From a virus, in the IMG/VR virus record IMGVR_UViG_3300021138_000019, positions 1-64,000 of that record: a stretch of DNA of 64,000 nt, one strand, 5' to 3'. The position numbers were made by a program, and so were the translations under genes. Numbering within the stretch: the first letter of the stretch is position 1; each line of letters opens with the position of its first letter. The notes beneath the pieces are model-generated. The model saw only the letters and a program-made list of their open reading frames with translations. It had not been told where the DNA came from and did not search any database. Below, piece by piece: positions 31,448 through 41,574 of this stretch.

Positions 31448-33166
31448 ATGAACCCATTAAATAAATTCTCGCTGTTTGGTTTTACAATATCTCGTGATAA
31501 AGATATTGAAGCACAACAAACGCAACAATCATTCTCTCCACCGAGCAATGATGATGGGGCTTTAACAATTACTTCTGCCGCTTATTATGGCACTTATGTT
31601 GACTTAGATGGTACAGCAAAAAATGAAGTAGAATTAATATCTCGCTACCGTGAAATGGCGATGCAGCCAGAAATAGAATCTGCGATTGATGATATTGTAA
31701 ATGAAGCTATTTGTCAAGATAATGAAGGTAATAGTATTAAAATTGTAATGGATGATTTATCAGTTCCAGATAAAATTAAAAAAGCGATCTCTGGTGAATT
31801 TGATACCATTTTAAGATTATTAAACTATCGAAATATGTCGCATGATATATTCCGTAGGTATTATGTTGACGGTAGACTTTTTTATCATATCATTATTGAT
31901 AGAGAGAATCCAGTTTCTGGTATAAAAGAATTAAGATATATTGATCCTCGCAAACTTAAAAAAGTTCGTGAGATTAAAAAAACTAAAGATGAGAAGACTG
32001 GTGTTGACATTATGAATGTAGTCAATGAATACTACATTTGGAACGACAAGGTCACTACTGGATCGTCTTCCAGCTTTGGTCCAGTAGGTGTACGTATAAC
32101 CACAGACTCTGTGCTTTCAATCGTCTCTGGACTCATGGATTCACGCCGTGCTGTTGTTTTATCTTACTTACATAAAGCAATTAAACCACTTAATCAATTA
32201 CGTATGATTGAAGATGCCACAGTTATTTACAGAATTTCTCGTGCACCTGAAAGACGTATATTCTACATTGATGTTGGTAATTTACCAAAATTGAAAGCAG
32301 AACAATATTTGCGTGATATTATGGTTAAGTATAAGAATAAACTTGTCTATGATGCAAATACCGGTGAAGTTCGTGATGATCGTAAATTTTTATCTATGAT
32401 GGAAGACTTTTGGTTACCACGTAGAGAAGGTGGTAAAGGTACAGAGATTACTACATTACCTGGTGGACAAAATTTGGGTGAGCTAGAAGATGTTAAGTAC
32501 TTTGAAAAGAAGCTATATAAAGCATTGTGTGTGCCAGTTTCTCGTTTAAATCCTGAGACTTCAGGTTTTTCACTAGGGCGCACAAATGAGATTACAAGAG
32601 ACGAATTAAAGTTTGCAAAATTTGTTGACCGTATGCGTCAAAAGTTTGCTGAAATCTTTGATCAAGCATTGAGAGTTCAATGTGTACTCAAAGGTATCTG
32701 TAATGAAGAAGAATGGAAAATTTTTAAAGAAAACATCCATTATGACTTTATTACTGATAACAATTTTTCAGAATTAAAAGATGCAGAGTTATTAAAAGAA
32801 AGACTTTCATTGTTACAAGAAGTAGACCCATATACTGGTAGATATTTTTCTCAAGCATGGATTCAAAGAAAAGTCTTACGTTTGGATAACAATGAAATTA
32901 AAGTTATGCAAACAGAGATCGAGAAAGAAAAAGAAGCTGGACTTGGATTACCGGTTGCCGTTACGAACGATGTTGCTCAACAAGCAATGATGAGTACCGT
33001 ACCACAACAGCCAATTCACCCAACGGATTTAGAACATCAACAAGATATGGCTAAAAAAGACTTTGATAATAAAGTTCAATTAGCTAAATTAAAACCGAAA
33101 ACCTCGGTCAAAAAAGAAGAAGCTGAAGAACCTAATACGTTCGAAAGATTAAAAAGAATTTTATAG
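31448..33166 (+). CDS. gp20: Portal vertex protein gp20
   Basis: YRISRAPERRIFYIDVGNLP, EDFWLPRREGGKGTEITTLPGG. Confidence 0.97.
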   Translation: MNPLNKFSLFGFTISRDKDIEAQQTQQSFSPPSNDDGALTITSAAYYGTYVDLDGTAKNEVELISRYREMAMQPEIESAIDDIVNEAICQDNEGNSIKIVMDDLSVPDKIKKAISGEFDTILRLLNYRNMSHDIFRRYYVDGRLFYHIIIDRENPVSGIKELRYIDPRKLKKVREIKKTKDEKTGVDIMNVVNEYYIWNDKVTTGSSSSFGPVGVRITTDSVLSIVSGLMDSRRAVVLSYLHKAIKPLNQLRMIEDATVIYRISRAPERRIFYIDVGNLPKLKAEQYLRDIMVKYKNKLVYDANTGEVRDDRKFLSMMEDFWLPRREGGKGTEITTLPGGQNLGELEDVKYFEKKLYKALCVPVSRLNPETSGFSLGRTNEITRDELKFAKFVDRMRQKFAEIFDQALRVQCVLKGICNEEEWKIFKENIHYDFITDNNFSELKDAELLKERLSLLQEVDPYTGRYFSQAWIQRKVLRLDNNEIKVMQTEIEKEKEAGLGLPVAVTNDVAQQAMMSTVPQQPIHPTDLEHQQDMAKKDFDNKVQLAKLKPKTSVKKEEAEEPNTFERLKRIL

Positions 33167-33176
33167 GAGAACTTAA

Positions 33177-33698
33177 ATGTCTAGCAAAGCAATTATAGAT
33201 TACACGATGGAAGATGATTCTCTTGGTGTAAGAGATGCATTATATTCTGCAATTCAAGATCGTGTGATGGCACACATTGAAGCAAAAAAAGCAGAAATTG
33301 CATCGAACTTTATTACTCAACAAGAAGAAGTTGAAGAAGATGAAGAATATGAAGATGAAGAATATGTAAACATACCGGAAGGCGTTGAAGTTTTTGTACC
33401 AACAAATTCTATTAATGAAGCCAGTAAAGAAGAGCACCCATGGAGAATGGACAAAGACCGCAAAGGTACAGGATATCACATAGTTAATTCAGTTCGACCA
33501 AAAACGGCAAAAGTAAATGGTGTTAATAAAACGATTGGTTTAGAATCTGATGGTGTACATAGTCACGCCTTTGAATCTCACCACGAGGCCGAAAAATGTT
33601 GCTATGATTTAGCTGAACGTGGTCATACATGTACTCATCACTGCCCACAAGGTTACGTTAAAGCAGTTGTTCAGCCATCACACGGTTTCGAAATCTAA
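33177..33698 (+). CDS. Prohead core protein (gp67-like N-terminus) with a His/Cys-rich extension
   Basis: Position after the portal gene, acidic tract, and His/Cys-rich C-terminus. Confidence 0.5.
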   Translation: MSSKAIIDYTMEDDSLGVRDALYSAIQDRVMAHIEAKKAEIASNFITQQEEVEEDEEYEDEEYVNIPEGVEVFVPTNSINEASKEEHPWRMDKDRKGTGYHIVNSVRPKTAKVNGVNKTIGLESDGVHSHAFESHHEAEKCCYDLAERGHTCTHHCPQGYVKAVVQPSHGFEI

Positions 33699-34180
33699 TG
33701 AAATCGGTAAGAGAGTTTATTGTTAATGAAAACACCGAGACGGAAACGTTCTCGGAAGACTCTCTTTTGGAAGCCCCACAAGGTAAAGAAGTTTCACCTA
33801 CCAAAACTGATTTACCTTCTATTTTGACTCTACAAAGAAAATCTATTCGCAAACTACCTAACGGTGAAAAAGTTGCTTTGTACTATGCCAATAAGATTAA
33901 TAAATATGTAACAATACCATATTCAGATGTTCACATAGAAGAATATGTAAAAGGCAACAATTTAGAATATCTTCAAGATATAGTAGAAAGTAACAGAGCA
34001 AATGCAATTATTTTTGAGGACGGTAAAACGATGATGGTTAACACCTCAACTGCAAAAAAAGTATTGAGATTGCATGAGTCATTAGATGCAACAAATCGTT
34101 TAAAAATATATAGAATGGTTGATGAGAGCAAAGAACAATTTAAAAAAGTTGTTGGTTTTGCATTCACACATATAAAATAA
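33698..34180 (+). CDS. Hypothetical head-associated protein
   Basis: Lies between gp20 and gp21; L.RKSIR..P.G.KVALY motif. Confidence 0.55.
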   Translation: MKSVREFIVNENTETETFSEDSLLEAPQGKEVSPTKTDLPSILTLQRKSIRKLPNGEKVALYYANKINKYVTIPYSDVHIEEYVKGNNLEYLQDIVESNRANAIIFEDGKTMMVNTSTAKKVLRLHESLDATNRLKIYRMVDESKEQFKKVVGFAFTHIK

Positions 34181-34188
34181 GGTAACAA

Positions 34189-34704
34189 ATGGCAAATCAA
34201 TATACATATCAAATAATTAAAGATTCTGTAACACACACAATAATTAAATTGACGGGTCAATTTGATGGTTCAAGTGGACAAGAATCAAATCTTAGTAGGA
34301 TTCAAGCAAATACACTCTATGGCGCATTGAACACTGCTGGAACTTCACTATCAGCAGGTGGAACATCTTTACCGTTTTATGGATTACTTATCAATCGTGT
34401 TTGGTATGATGTAAGCGGCACTGGAAATGTACAACTTGTATGGTCTTCAGACACCGCACAAACCATTTTCTATATGACCGGTGGGCATGAATATGATGCA
34501 ATGGGAAATTGGGTAACAATTCCCAACAATGCATATAATCAATCAAATTGTAATGGTAATATTGGAATCGTGACTCACGGTATGTCGGCAAACGATGGAT
34601 ATAGTGTTGTACTGGAATTACGTAAAGATAATATATATTATCAACGTGGACAGTTTGATGATCCGGCTTCATTTAACTACGGGGTATATAAGACAACACC
34701 ATGA
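34189..34704 (+). CDS. Hypothetical virion protein
   Basis: 171 aa ORF overlapping the gp21 start. Confidence 0.55.
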   Translation: MANQYTYQIIKDSVTHTIIKLTGQFDGSSGQESNLSRIQANTLYGALNTAGTSLSAGGTSLPFYGLLINRVWYDVSGTGNVQLVWSSDTAQTIFYMTGGHEYDAMGNWVTIPNNAYNQSNCNGNIGIVTHGMSANDGYSVVLELRKDNIYYQRGQFDDPASFNYGVYKTTP

Positions 34705-35345
34705 AATTAATAAAAGAAATTACAGAATCGGTACAATATATTACCGAAGAAAAGGATGGAAAGAAAACTCTATTCATCGAAGGACCTTTCTTGGTTACAG
34801 AGCGAGAAAATAAAAACAAAAGATTGTACGAACATGGTACAATGCTTAAAGAAGTTAAACGTTATTCTGAAGAATACATTAATAAGAACCGTGCATACGG
34901 TGAATTAGGTCATCCAGACACACCTTCCATTAACTTAGACCGTGTATCACACATCATTACTTCACTCAAAGAAGATGGTCATCAGTTTATTGGAAGAGCA
35001 AAAATACTTGATACCCCAATGGGACAAATTGCCAGAAACCTTATTGAAGGTGGTGGTCAATTAGGAGTTTCATCTCGTGGTATGGGTTCATTGAAGAATG
35101 TTAATGGAGTCAACATTGTTCAAGACGATTTTTATCTAGCCACAGCGGCAGATATTGTAGCTGATCCATCAGCACCTGGTGCTTTTGTGCAAGGTATAAT
35201 GGAAGGCAAAGAGTGGATGTTAGTAGATGGTGTATGGACAGAACGTCAATTAGAAGAATCTAAGAAAATGATTCGTCAAGCTACACCTAGAGAAATTGAA
35301 GCAGTTGGCTTAAAAATCTTTGAAAACTTCATCAAAAAACTTTAA
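34701..35345 (+). CDS. gp21: Prohead protease gp21
   Basis: GELGHP, GVSSRGMGS, ADIVADPSAP.AFV.GIME. Confidence 0.96.
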   Translation: MKLIKEITESVQYITEEKDGKKTLFIEGPFLVTERENKNKRLYEHGTMLKEVKRYSEEYINKNRAYGELGHPDTPSINLDRVSHIITSLKEDGHQFIGRAKILDTPMGQIARNLIEGGGQLGVSSRGMGSLKNVNGVNIVQDDFYLATAADIVADPSAPGAFVQGIMEGKEWMLVDGVWTERQLEESKKMIRQATPREIEAVGLKIFENFIKKL

Positions 35346-35347
35346 AA

Positions 35348-35355
35348 TATAAATA
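35348..35355 (+). promoter_or_regulatory. T4-type late promoter TATAAATA
   Basis: Exact T4 late consensus upstream of gp22. Shorter (A/C)TAAATA cores precede many other structural genes. Confidence 0.8.
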
Positions 35356-35385
35356 TACCAATACGAATCATAGGAGATTTACAAA

Positions 35386-36597
35386 ATGGGAACATTCAAT
35401 CTGTCAGAAGCCGCTCAAGCCATTCTTAACGAAGGATCAAAAGAGACTTTAGATGGCATCGTAAAACAAAAAATGGCGCAAAGAAGCCAAGACAAACACC
35501 CAAAAGGTGAAGTCGGTCAAGATAGACTTCAATCTAAAACTGCATACGGCACAAACGATGCGGGTATTATCGGTCAAAGCCCAACTAAAGATGATGACGG
35601 TGAATTACCTGATTATCTAAAAGGTACTCCATCGGCAACACCACCAGGAGCAACACCTCCTGTAGGTTCAGAAAAAGATGGTGTAGGATATACGTCACCA
35701 AAAGGTCAGCCACAACAAACTATGGGACGCAAAGATGTTATGCATCCGACACAAATGAACGGCGACCAATACGAAAAAATTCGTGACCGTGTAAAAACTA
35801 CATTCCCAAAAAATACGTTCATGTCAAATCCTGGGGCAACATTTCAGTCCTATGGTGAAGGTATTGATATGACTGATGATGTAAATGCTTTATTAGAAGG
35901 CGAATCATTATCTGAAGAATTTAAATTAAAGGCTACAACAATTTTTGAAGCCGCTATAACGTCACGCATCGAGCAAATTATCGAACAAGTTGAATCTGAA
36001 TTGGTAGAACAATACGAAGCTGGTATTGAGCAAATTAAAGAAGAACTTGCTGATAAATTAGACCAATATATTGACTACTTTGCAGAACAATACATGCAAC
36101 AAAACGAATTGGCAATAGTATCCGGTCTACGTGCAGAAATTGCAGAAGACTTTATCTCTAGCCTACGTGATGTATTTTTAGAGCACAATATTGATATTCC
36201 AGAAGAACAAGTTCAAGTTGTTGAAGAATTAACTTCACGAGTTGAAGAACTTGAAGAAGCGCTAGACGAAGAAATTAAGACTGCCGTTGCTTTAAAAAGA
36301 GCATTGTCAGAACAAGTTAAAATTGAGGCTATACACACAGCTTGTGAAGGCCTAACTCAGACTCAAGTAGAACGATTGAAAACACTCGCAGAGAATGTGG
36401 AATTTACTACTGATGAAGAATTTACCGCAAAACTAGACGTTTTGAAAGAATCGTATTTCAGATCCGATGTTAAAGTTGCGGAAAGTTCAATGCTGAACGA
36501 AGGTATTGAGATTGAAGAAGAAAAGAAATCAAAAGTTTCAACCGACGATTCAATCAATCAATACGCAAGAACTATTTCACAAACTTTGGTAAAATAA
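35386..36597 (+). CDS. gp22: Prohead scaffold gp22
   Basis: LSEEFK.KA.TIFEAA, acidic coiled coil, LKESYF. Confidence 0.92.
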   Translation: MGTFNLSEAAQAILNEGSKETLDGIVKQKMAQRSQDKHPKGEVGQDRLQSKTAYGTNDAGIIGQSPTKDDDGELPDYLKGTPSATPPGATPPVGSEKDGVGYTSPKGQPQQTMGRKDVMHPTQMNGDQYEKIRDRVKTTFPKNTFMSNPGATFQSYGEGIDMTDDVNALLEGESLSEEFKLKATTIFEAAITSRIEQIIEQVESELVEQYEAGIEQIKEELADKLDQYIDYFAEQYMQQNELAIVSGLRAEIAEDFISSLRDVFLEHNIDIPEEQVQVVEELTSRVEELEEALDEEIKTAVALKRALSEQVKIEAIHTACEGLTQTQVERLKTLAENVEFTTDEEFTAKLDVLKESYFRSDVKVAESSMLNEGIEIEEEKKSKVSTDDSINQYARTISQTLVK

Positions 36598-36640
36598 TAA
36601 ATAAATTACCAATACAAGATACTAATAAGGAGAACAACTA

Positions 36641-38014
36641 ATGTATCTATCCGAAGAACTACAAAGGAAATGGCAACCAATTCTGGAGCATCCAGAGTTA
36701 GAGTCAATTAAAGATCCATACAAGAAAGCAGTTACTTCTGTTATTCTTGAGAATCAACACCAAGCAATGCAAAAGGATCGTCAGTCTTTGAATGAAACTT
36801 CAGACTACGGACCAACAAACGTTACTGGTGGTGTACAGAACTTTGACCCAATCTTAATCAGCTTGGTTCGCCGTTCATTACCAAACTTGATTGCGTATGA
36901 TGTTGCTGGTGTTCAACCAATGACAGGTCCAACAGGTTTGATTTTTGCAATGCGTGCTCGTTATGCTCCAGGCGCAACAGGTCCATCACAGGGCGGTGCA
37001 GAAGCCTTCTATAACGAAGCTAATACACAGTTCTCTGGTAACAACTCTGCGTTCGGCCCATACAACGAATACGGATTCTCTGGTAACACAGGTTCTGATA
37101 CTTCTACGAACTATTGGTCTGGCGCTAACGTTGCCGGTTCTAATAATTTCACAACTGGTATCGGTATGCAAACAGCTATTGCTGAAGCATTAGGTTCAGA
37201 TGTAGGTAATGCATTCCAGCAAATGGCATTCTCAATCGAGAAAGTTACTGTTACAGCACAATCTAGAGCATTGAAAGCTGAGTACTCTTTAGAACTCGCA
37301 CAAGACTTAAAAGCAATTCACGGTCTTGATGCAGAAACAGAATTGTCAAATATTCTGTCTACAGAAATTTTAGCTGAAATTAACCGTGAAGTTATTCGTA
37401 CAATTTATTTGTCTGCTGTAAAAGGTGCACAATACGGTACAGTTACTCCTGGTTATTTTGACTTAGATACAGACTCTAACGGTCGTTGGTCAGTTGAGCG
37501 TTTCAAAGGTTTGATTTTCCAAGTCGAACGTGATGCTAACGTTATTGCAAAACAAACTCGTAGAGGTAAAGGTAACGTGATGATCGTATCCTCCGATGTT
37601 GCTTCTGCTATGGCAATGGCTGGTGTATTATCTTATACTCCTGCTCTGCAATCAGATCTACAAGTTGACGATACAGGCAATACATTTGCTGGATTGTTAC
37701 ACGGACGCATTAAAGTTTACATTGACCCATACTTTGGTGGTTATACACAAAACGTCGAATTGGCAACAATCGGCTATAAAGGTACATCACCATATGATGC
37801 AGGTATTTTCTACTGCCCGTATGTTCCTTTACAAATGGTTCGTGCAGTTGACCAGTTTACATTCCAACCAAAAATTGGATTCAAAACTCGTTACGGTATG
37901 GTAGCAAACCCGTTTGCACAAGGTATTACAGCACAGCCATCAACTGGTGGTGGTGTAATTCAAGCAGGTACAAACGTATACTACCGTATTTTCGGTGTTA
38001 AAAACTTGATGTAA
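36641..38014 (+). CDS. gp23: Major capsid protein gp23
   Basis: GVQPMTGPTGLIFAMR, RALKAEYSLELAQDLKAIHGLDAE, FQPKIGFKTRYG. Confidence 0.98.
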   Translation: MYLSEELQRKWQPILEHPELESIKDPYKKAVTSVILENQHQAMQKDRQSLNETSDYGPTNVTGGVQNFDPILISLVRRSLPNLIAYDVAGVQPMTGPTGLIFAMRARYAPGATGPSQGGAEAFYNEANTQFSGNNSAFGPYNEYGFSGNTGSDTSTNYWSGANVAGSNNFTTGIGMQTAIAEALGSDVGNAFQQMAFSIEKVTVTAQSRALKAEYSLELAQDLKAIHGLDAETELSNILSTEILAEINREVIRTIYLSAVKGAQYGTVTPGYFDLDTDSNGRWSVERFKGLIFQVERDANVIAKQTRRGKGNVMIVSSDVASAMAMAGVLSYTPALQSDLQVDDTGNTFAGLLHGRIKVYIDPYFGGYTQNVELATIGYKGTSPYDAGIFYCPYVPLQMVRAVDQFTFQPKIGFKTRYGMVANPFAQGITAQPSTGGGVIQAGTNVYYRIFGVKNLM

Positions 38015-38044
38015 TCAAGAAACCACCGTTAAGAGTGGTACTTT

Positions 38045-38071
38045 AAAGGGGGTCGCAAGACCCCTTTTTTT
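38045..38071 (+). terminator. Intrinsic terminator after gp23
   Basis: gggggtc-gcaa-gacccc followed by T7. Confidence 0.85.
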
Positions 38072-38075
38072 GGCT

Positions 38076-38083
38076 TATAAATA
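38076..38083 (+). promoter_or_regulatory. Late promoter TATAAATA (nearly leaderless gp3 mRNA)
   Basis: Exact consensus ending 5 nt before ATG 38089. Confidence 0.7.
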
Positions 38084-38088
38084 ACGAT

Positions 38089-38592
38089 ATGACCGCACTA
38101 AACAGAAACCCACAGAATACCAATCTATTACAACCTACAAAGTTCTTGTTGAATTTTAAAAAAATTGATTCGGTACAATATTTTTGTCAGTCAGTTAATC
38201 TGCCTGGCATTACTTTGTCCGGCCCTGCAAAACAAAGTACCCCGTTTTTAACGATACCAAAAGCTGGTGATGTTTTGACCTATAATCCTTTATCTGTTAC
38301 ATTTACTGTAGATGAAGATTTACAAACTATTAAAGCAATTCAAAATTGGTTACTTGGGATTGCAGATCCATCAGCATTTCAAAATAGAAATATAAATTAT
38401 AAAAATAATTATTCCGATGCGACTCTTACAATACTCACCGGTTTAAATAATAATAATTTAAAAATTCAATTTGTAAATTTATTCCCGACAGATATATCAG
38501 ATATCAAGTTTGACACTAAAGAATCGGCAGATGATATTATTGTTGCATCGGCAAATTTTAAATATGAATATTATACCATATTGACATCTTAA
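38089..38592 (+). CDS. gp3: Tail tube terminator gp3
   Basis: YFCQSVNLPG, F.VDEDL, SDATLTIL, F.NLFP. Confidence 0.88.
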   Translation: MTALNRNPQNTNLLQPTKFLLNFKKIDSVQYFCQSVNLPGITLSGPAKQSTPFLTIPKAGDVLTYNPLSVTFTVDEDLQTIKAIQNWLLGIADPSAFQNRNINYKNNYSDATLTILTGLNNNNLKIQFVNLFPTDISDIKFDTKESADDIIVASANFKYEYYTILTS

Positions 38593-38609
38593 CTGTTTTA
38601 TGTTATACT
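38581..38609 (+). promoter_or_regulatory. Sigma70-type promoter for uvsY
   Basis: TTGACA-N17-TATACT with extended -10 TG. Confidence 0.7.
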
Positions 38610-38633
38610 AAAATTTTATAATTGGATTTTGAT

Positions 38634-39068
38634 ATGGAAAAACTTGATAATATTTTGAAACTGTGGGAAAATGATTCTGCTATTGATAAAACAGAACCGA
38701 GCAATGAACTCACAAGAGTTCCACAGCTACACAGTAAATACTTAAATATACTAACGACACATAAGATTGCCGCTAAAAAGGCTTTCTTTGACCTTCAGCG
38801 CATGAAAAAGGTTAAGTGGGAATACTATACTGGTAAAATGGACAAAGACACATTAGACCAGTATGGGTGGGAACCGTTCCAGTTTACATTAAAATCTGAT
38901 GTAAGCACTTACATGGATGCGGATGAAGATATTATTAGACTTAACGAGAAAAAAGTATACCACGATGAAGTGGTTTCTGTGGTTGAGTATATTATGAATG
39001 AATTGAAGTCTAGGACATTTCAACTTAGAGACATTATATCGTGGGAGAAATTTATTGGAGGACAATGA
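38634..39068 (+). CDS. uvsY: Recombination mediator UvsY
   Basis: P.LHSKYL, KWEYYTGK, Y.DADED, I.WEKF..G. Confidence 0.9.
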   Translation: MEKLDNILKLWENDSAIDKTEPSNELTRVPQLHSKYLNILTTHKIAAKKAFFDLQRMKKVKWEYYTGKMDKDTLDQYGWEPFQFTLKSDVSTYMDADEDIIRLNEKKVYHDEVVSVVEYIMNELKSRTFQLRDIISWEKFIGGQ

Positions 39069-40567
39069 GTGACTTAGTAATTTACAAAAAAAATGAAGCA
39101 TACCTTCAAGTTAAATGTGAGCAACATATTGCAAAAGAACTATCTGAATATTTTACGTTCTTTGTACCAGGTCACAAGTTTACTCCTGCCTTTAGAAATA
39201 AAATATGGGACGGAAAGATCCGTCTTTTTGATTTAAGGAATAATTCTCTGTATCTTGGCTTACTCGATTATGTTAAAGAGTTTAGCAAAGACAGAGAATA
39301 TTCAATAGAATATACTGAACCATCTGTAGATGTAGAAGATGAATTCAGCAGATACCATGCCGAAAAGTTTGTAGATTCTTTAAAATTACAATCTCAAAAT
39401 AAAGATATTCTTACGCACGACCATCAATTAGATGCGTTTATCAACGTTATGCAGAGGCGTAGAGCACTTTTATTATCTCCTACAGCATCAGGTAAGTCTT
39501 TAATCATTTATCTCTTTGTACGTCAGTTTATAGATTTTCAAAATTTGAAAGGACTTATTTTAGTTCCAACTACTTCTCTCGTTGAACAACTTTATTCGGA
39601 TTTTATAGATTATTCTACCGAAAATAGTTTTGATACAGAATCAAATACTCAAAAAATTTATTCCGGTCAAGAAAAAACTTATGTGAAACCAATTACGATA
39701 TCCACTTGGCAGTCAATGCAAAATATGCCGGATAATTTTTTTCATCAATTTGATTATGTAATTGGTGATGAAGCCCACCTTTTTAAAGCAAAAGAACTTA
39801 CTCGTATACTTTCATCTTGTGTAAATACAAAATATAGGATAGGATTAACCGGAACTTTAGATGGGACAAAGACTCACAAACTTGTTCTTGAAGGCCTTTT
39901 TGGTACTGCAAAAAAAGTTATATCGACTAAAGAACTTATTGATAAAGGCATTCTTTCTAATTTTGAAGTTAAATGTCTTGTGTTAAAACATTCAAAAGAA
40001 ATATGTGAAGAAATGAAAGATGCAACATATCAAGAAGAATTAGAATATCTTATATTGAATGAACAACGTAATAAATTTATAAAAAACCTTGCCGTGAGTA
40101 TGAAAACAAATACTCTGATTCTTTATCAAATGGTTGACAAACACGGCAAAATACTGTATAATATGATTAAGAATACAGAGAAGATTGGTAATAGGAAAAT
40201 CTTCTTTGTTTCAGGTGAAACAGAAACAAGTGAACGTGAAGAGATTCGTAAAATTGTGGAGAAAGAACATGATGCAATTATTGTTGCTTCTTTTGGTACT
40301 TTTAGTACAGGAATTAACATTAGGAATTTACATAACATTATATTTGCATCTCCTTCAAAATCAAGGATTCGAAATTTACAATCAATTGGGAGAGGTTTAC
40401 GTTTAGCGGAAGGAAAAGCAACCGCAACATTATATGATATTTCTGATGATTTGAGACATAAAAAACACACAAATCATACACTAAGACATTTTATGGAACG
40501 GGTTGATATATATAATGAAGAAAAGTTTCCTTTTAAAATATACAATATAGGACTTAAAAATGGATAA
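39065..40567 (+). CDS. uvsW: SF2 helicase UvsW
   Basis: WDGKIRL, SPTASGKS, DEAH, QSIGRGLR. Confidence 0.96.
   Translation: MSDLVIYKKNEAYLQVKCEQHIAKELSEYFTFFVPGHKFTPAFRNKIWDGKIRLFDLRNNSLYLGLLDYVKEFSKDREYSIEYTEPSVDVEDEFSRYHAEKFVDSLKLQSQNKDILTHDHQLDAFINVMQRRRALLLSPTASGKSLIIYLFVRQFIDFQNLKGLILVPTTSLVEQLYSDFIDYSTENSFDTESNTQKIYSGQEKTYVKPITISTWQSMQNMPDNFFHQFDYVIGDEAHLFKAKELTRILSSCVNTKYRIGLTGTLDGTKTHKLVLEGLFGTAKKVISTKELIDKGILSNFEVKCLVLKHSKEICEEMKDATYQEELEYLILNEQRNKFIKNLAVSMKTNTLILYQMVDKHGKILYNMIKNTEKIGNRKIFFVSGETETSEREEIRKIVEKEHDAIIVASFGTFSTGINIRNLHNIIFASPSKSRIRNLQSIGRGLRLAEGKATATLYDISDDLRHKKHTNHTLRHFMERVDIYNEEKFPFKIYNIGLKNG
40134..40162 (+). promoter_or_regulatory. Perfect sigma70 consensus promoter inside uvsW
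   Basis: TTGACA (40134-39), 17-nt spacer, TATAAT (40157-62). Confidence 0.6.
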
Positions 40568-40949
40568 TACAAACGTTAAGATAGTCAGATTAAAAAGTGG
40601 GGAAGACATTCTTTGTAATCTTCTAATTAATGAAGATAAAGTTTTAATTAATCTTTTAGAACCAATGTTAATGGAAACAGAAACATATGGGGGAAATCAA
40701 CATTTAGTAATTTCAAATTGGCTTCCCGTAGCTCTTATTAAAGAAAATAGATCTGTTGTACCTATTACTGAAGTTCTTTGTGTAATGCAACCAAATGAAG
40801 AACTGGTTGAATATTATGATGAGACTCTTAAGAAGATGAATAAAACTCTAGTAGTTAAAGACATGGACGATTTAACTGAAGAGGAAATGATAAAAATGAT
40901 GGAAGTAATGGAAGAAATAAAATCAACTAAAGGATTGGTAATTCATTAA
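40560..40949 (+). CDS. Conserved T4-like hypothetical protein (Sm-like fold) between uvsW and gp55
   Basis: KIVRLKSGEDI motif; usual synteny. Confidence 0.65.
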   Translation: MDNTNVKIVRLKSGEDILCNLLINEDKVLINLLEPMLMETETYGGNQHLVISNWLPVALIKENRSVVPITEVLCVMQPNEELVEYYDETLKKMNKTLVVKDMDDLTEEEMIKMMEVMEEIKSTKGLVIH

Positions 40950-40978
40950 ATTAATAATCTTTAACAGGGTACATAGCC

Positions 40979-41007
40979 AGTGTAGCACTTGTCAAGCACT
41001 TTGTCAA
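40979..41007 (-). promoter_or_regulatory. Antisense sigma70-type promoter upstream of gp55
   Basis: Minus strand: TTGACA (41007-41002), 17-nt spacer, TACACT (40984-40979), with extended TG. Confidence 0.45.
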
Positions 41008-41028
41008 TACTTTTTACGGTAAACTTGA

Positions 41029-41574
41029 ATGAAAAAAACTAAAGAATATGTTAATAATGCTGATTTTACTCAAGCATTAATTGATTATAAAACAGCATCG
41101 GACGAGGCAAAAAGACTCGGTAAACCAAAACCAAAGATCCCGAATTATATCGGCGAATGTTGGATGAAGATTGCCGAGAATTTTTCGCACAAACCTAATT
41201 TTATTAATTACCCGCATAGGGAAGAAATGGTATCGGACGGTATTGAAAATTGTCTAATGTATTTTGAAAATTTTGATCCAAAAAAATCTAAGAACCCATT
41301 TGCTTACTTCTCACAAGTTGTATTCTATGCATTTTTACGTAGAATAGATAAAGAGAAAAAACAATTATACGTTAAATATAAGTCAACCGAAATGATTGGT
41401 GTTTTGGATGAACATGAGCAAAACGACTTTGAAGATGGAACTTCAAGACAATTTCATTTATATGATAATATTGGTGAATTTATTTCCACGTATGAAAAAA
41501 ATAAAAAAGCTAAACTTGAAAAAACCAAGAAAAAGGCAAAAGGACTTGAAAAATTTATTAAGGAGACGGTATGA
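41029..41574 (+). CDS. gp55: Late transcription sigma factor gp55
   Basis: YVNN.DF, PNF.NY, DGIENC..Y..NFDP.KS.NPFAYF.Q..YAFLRRI.KEKKQ. Confidence 0.96.
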   Translation: MKKTKEYVNNADFTQALIDYKTASDEAKRLGKPKPKIPNYIGECWMKIAENFSHKPNFINYPHREEMVSDGIENCLMYFENFDPKKSKNPFAYFSQVVFYAFLRRIDKEKKQLYVKYKSTEMIGVLDEHEQNDFEDGTSRQFHLYDNIGEFISTYEKNKKAKLEKTKKKAKGLEKFIKETV

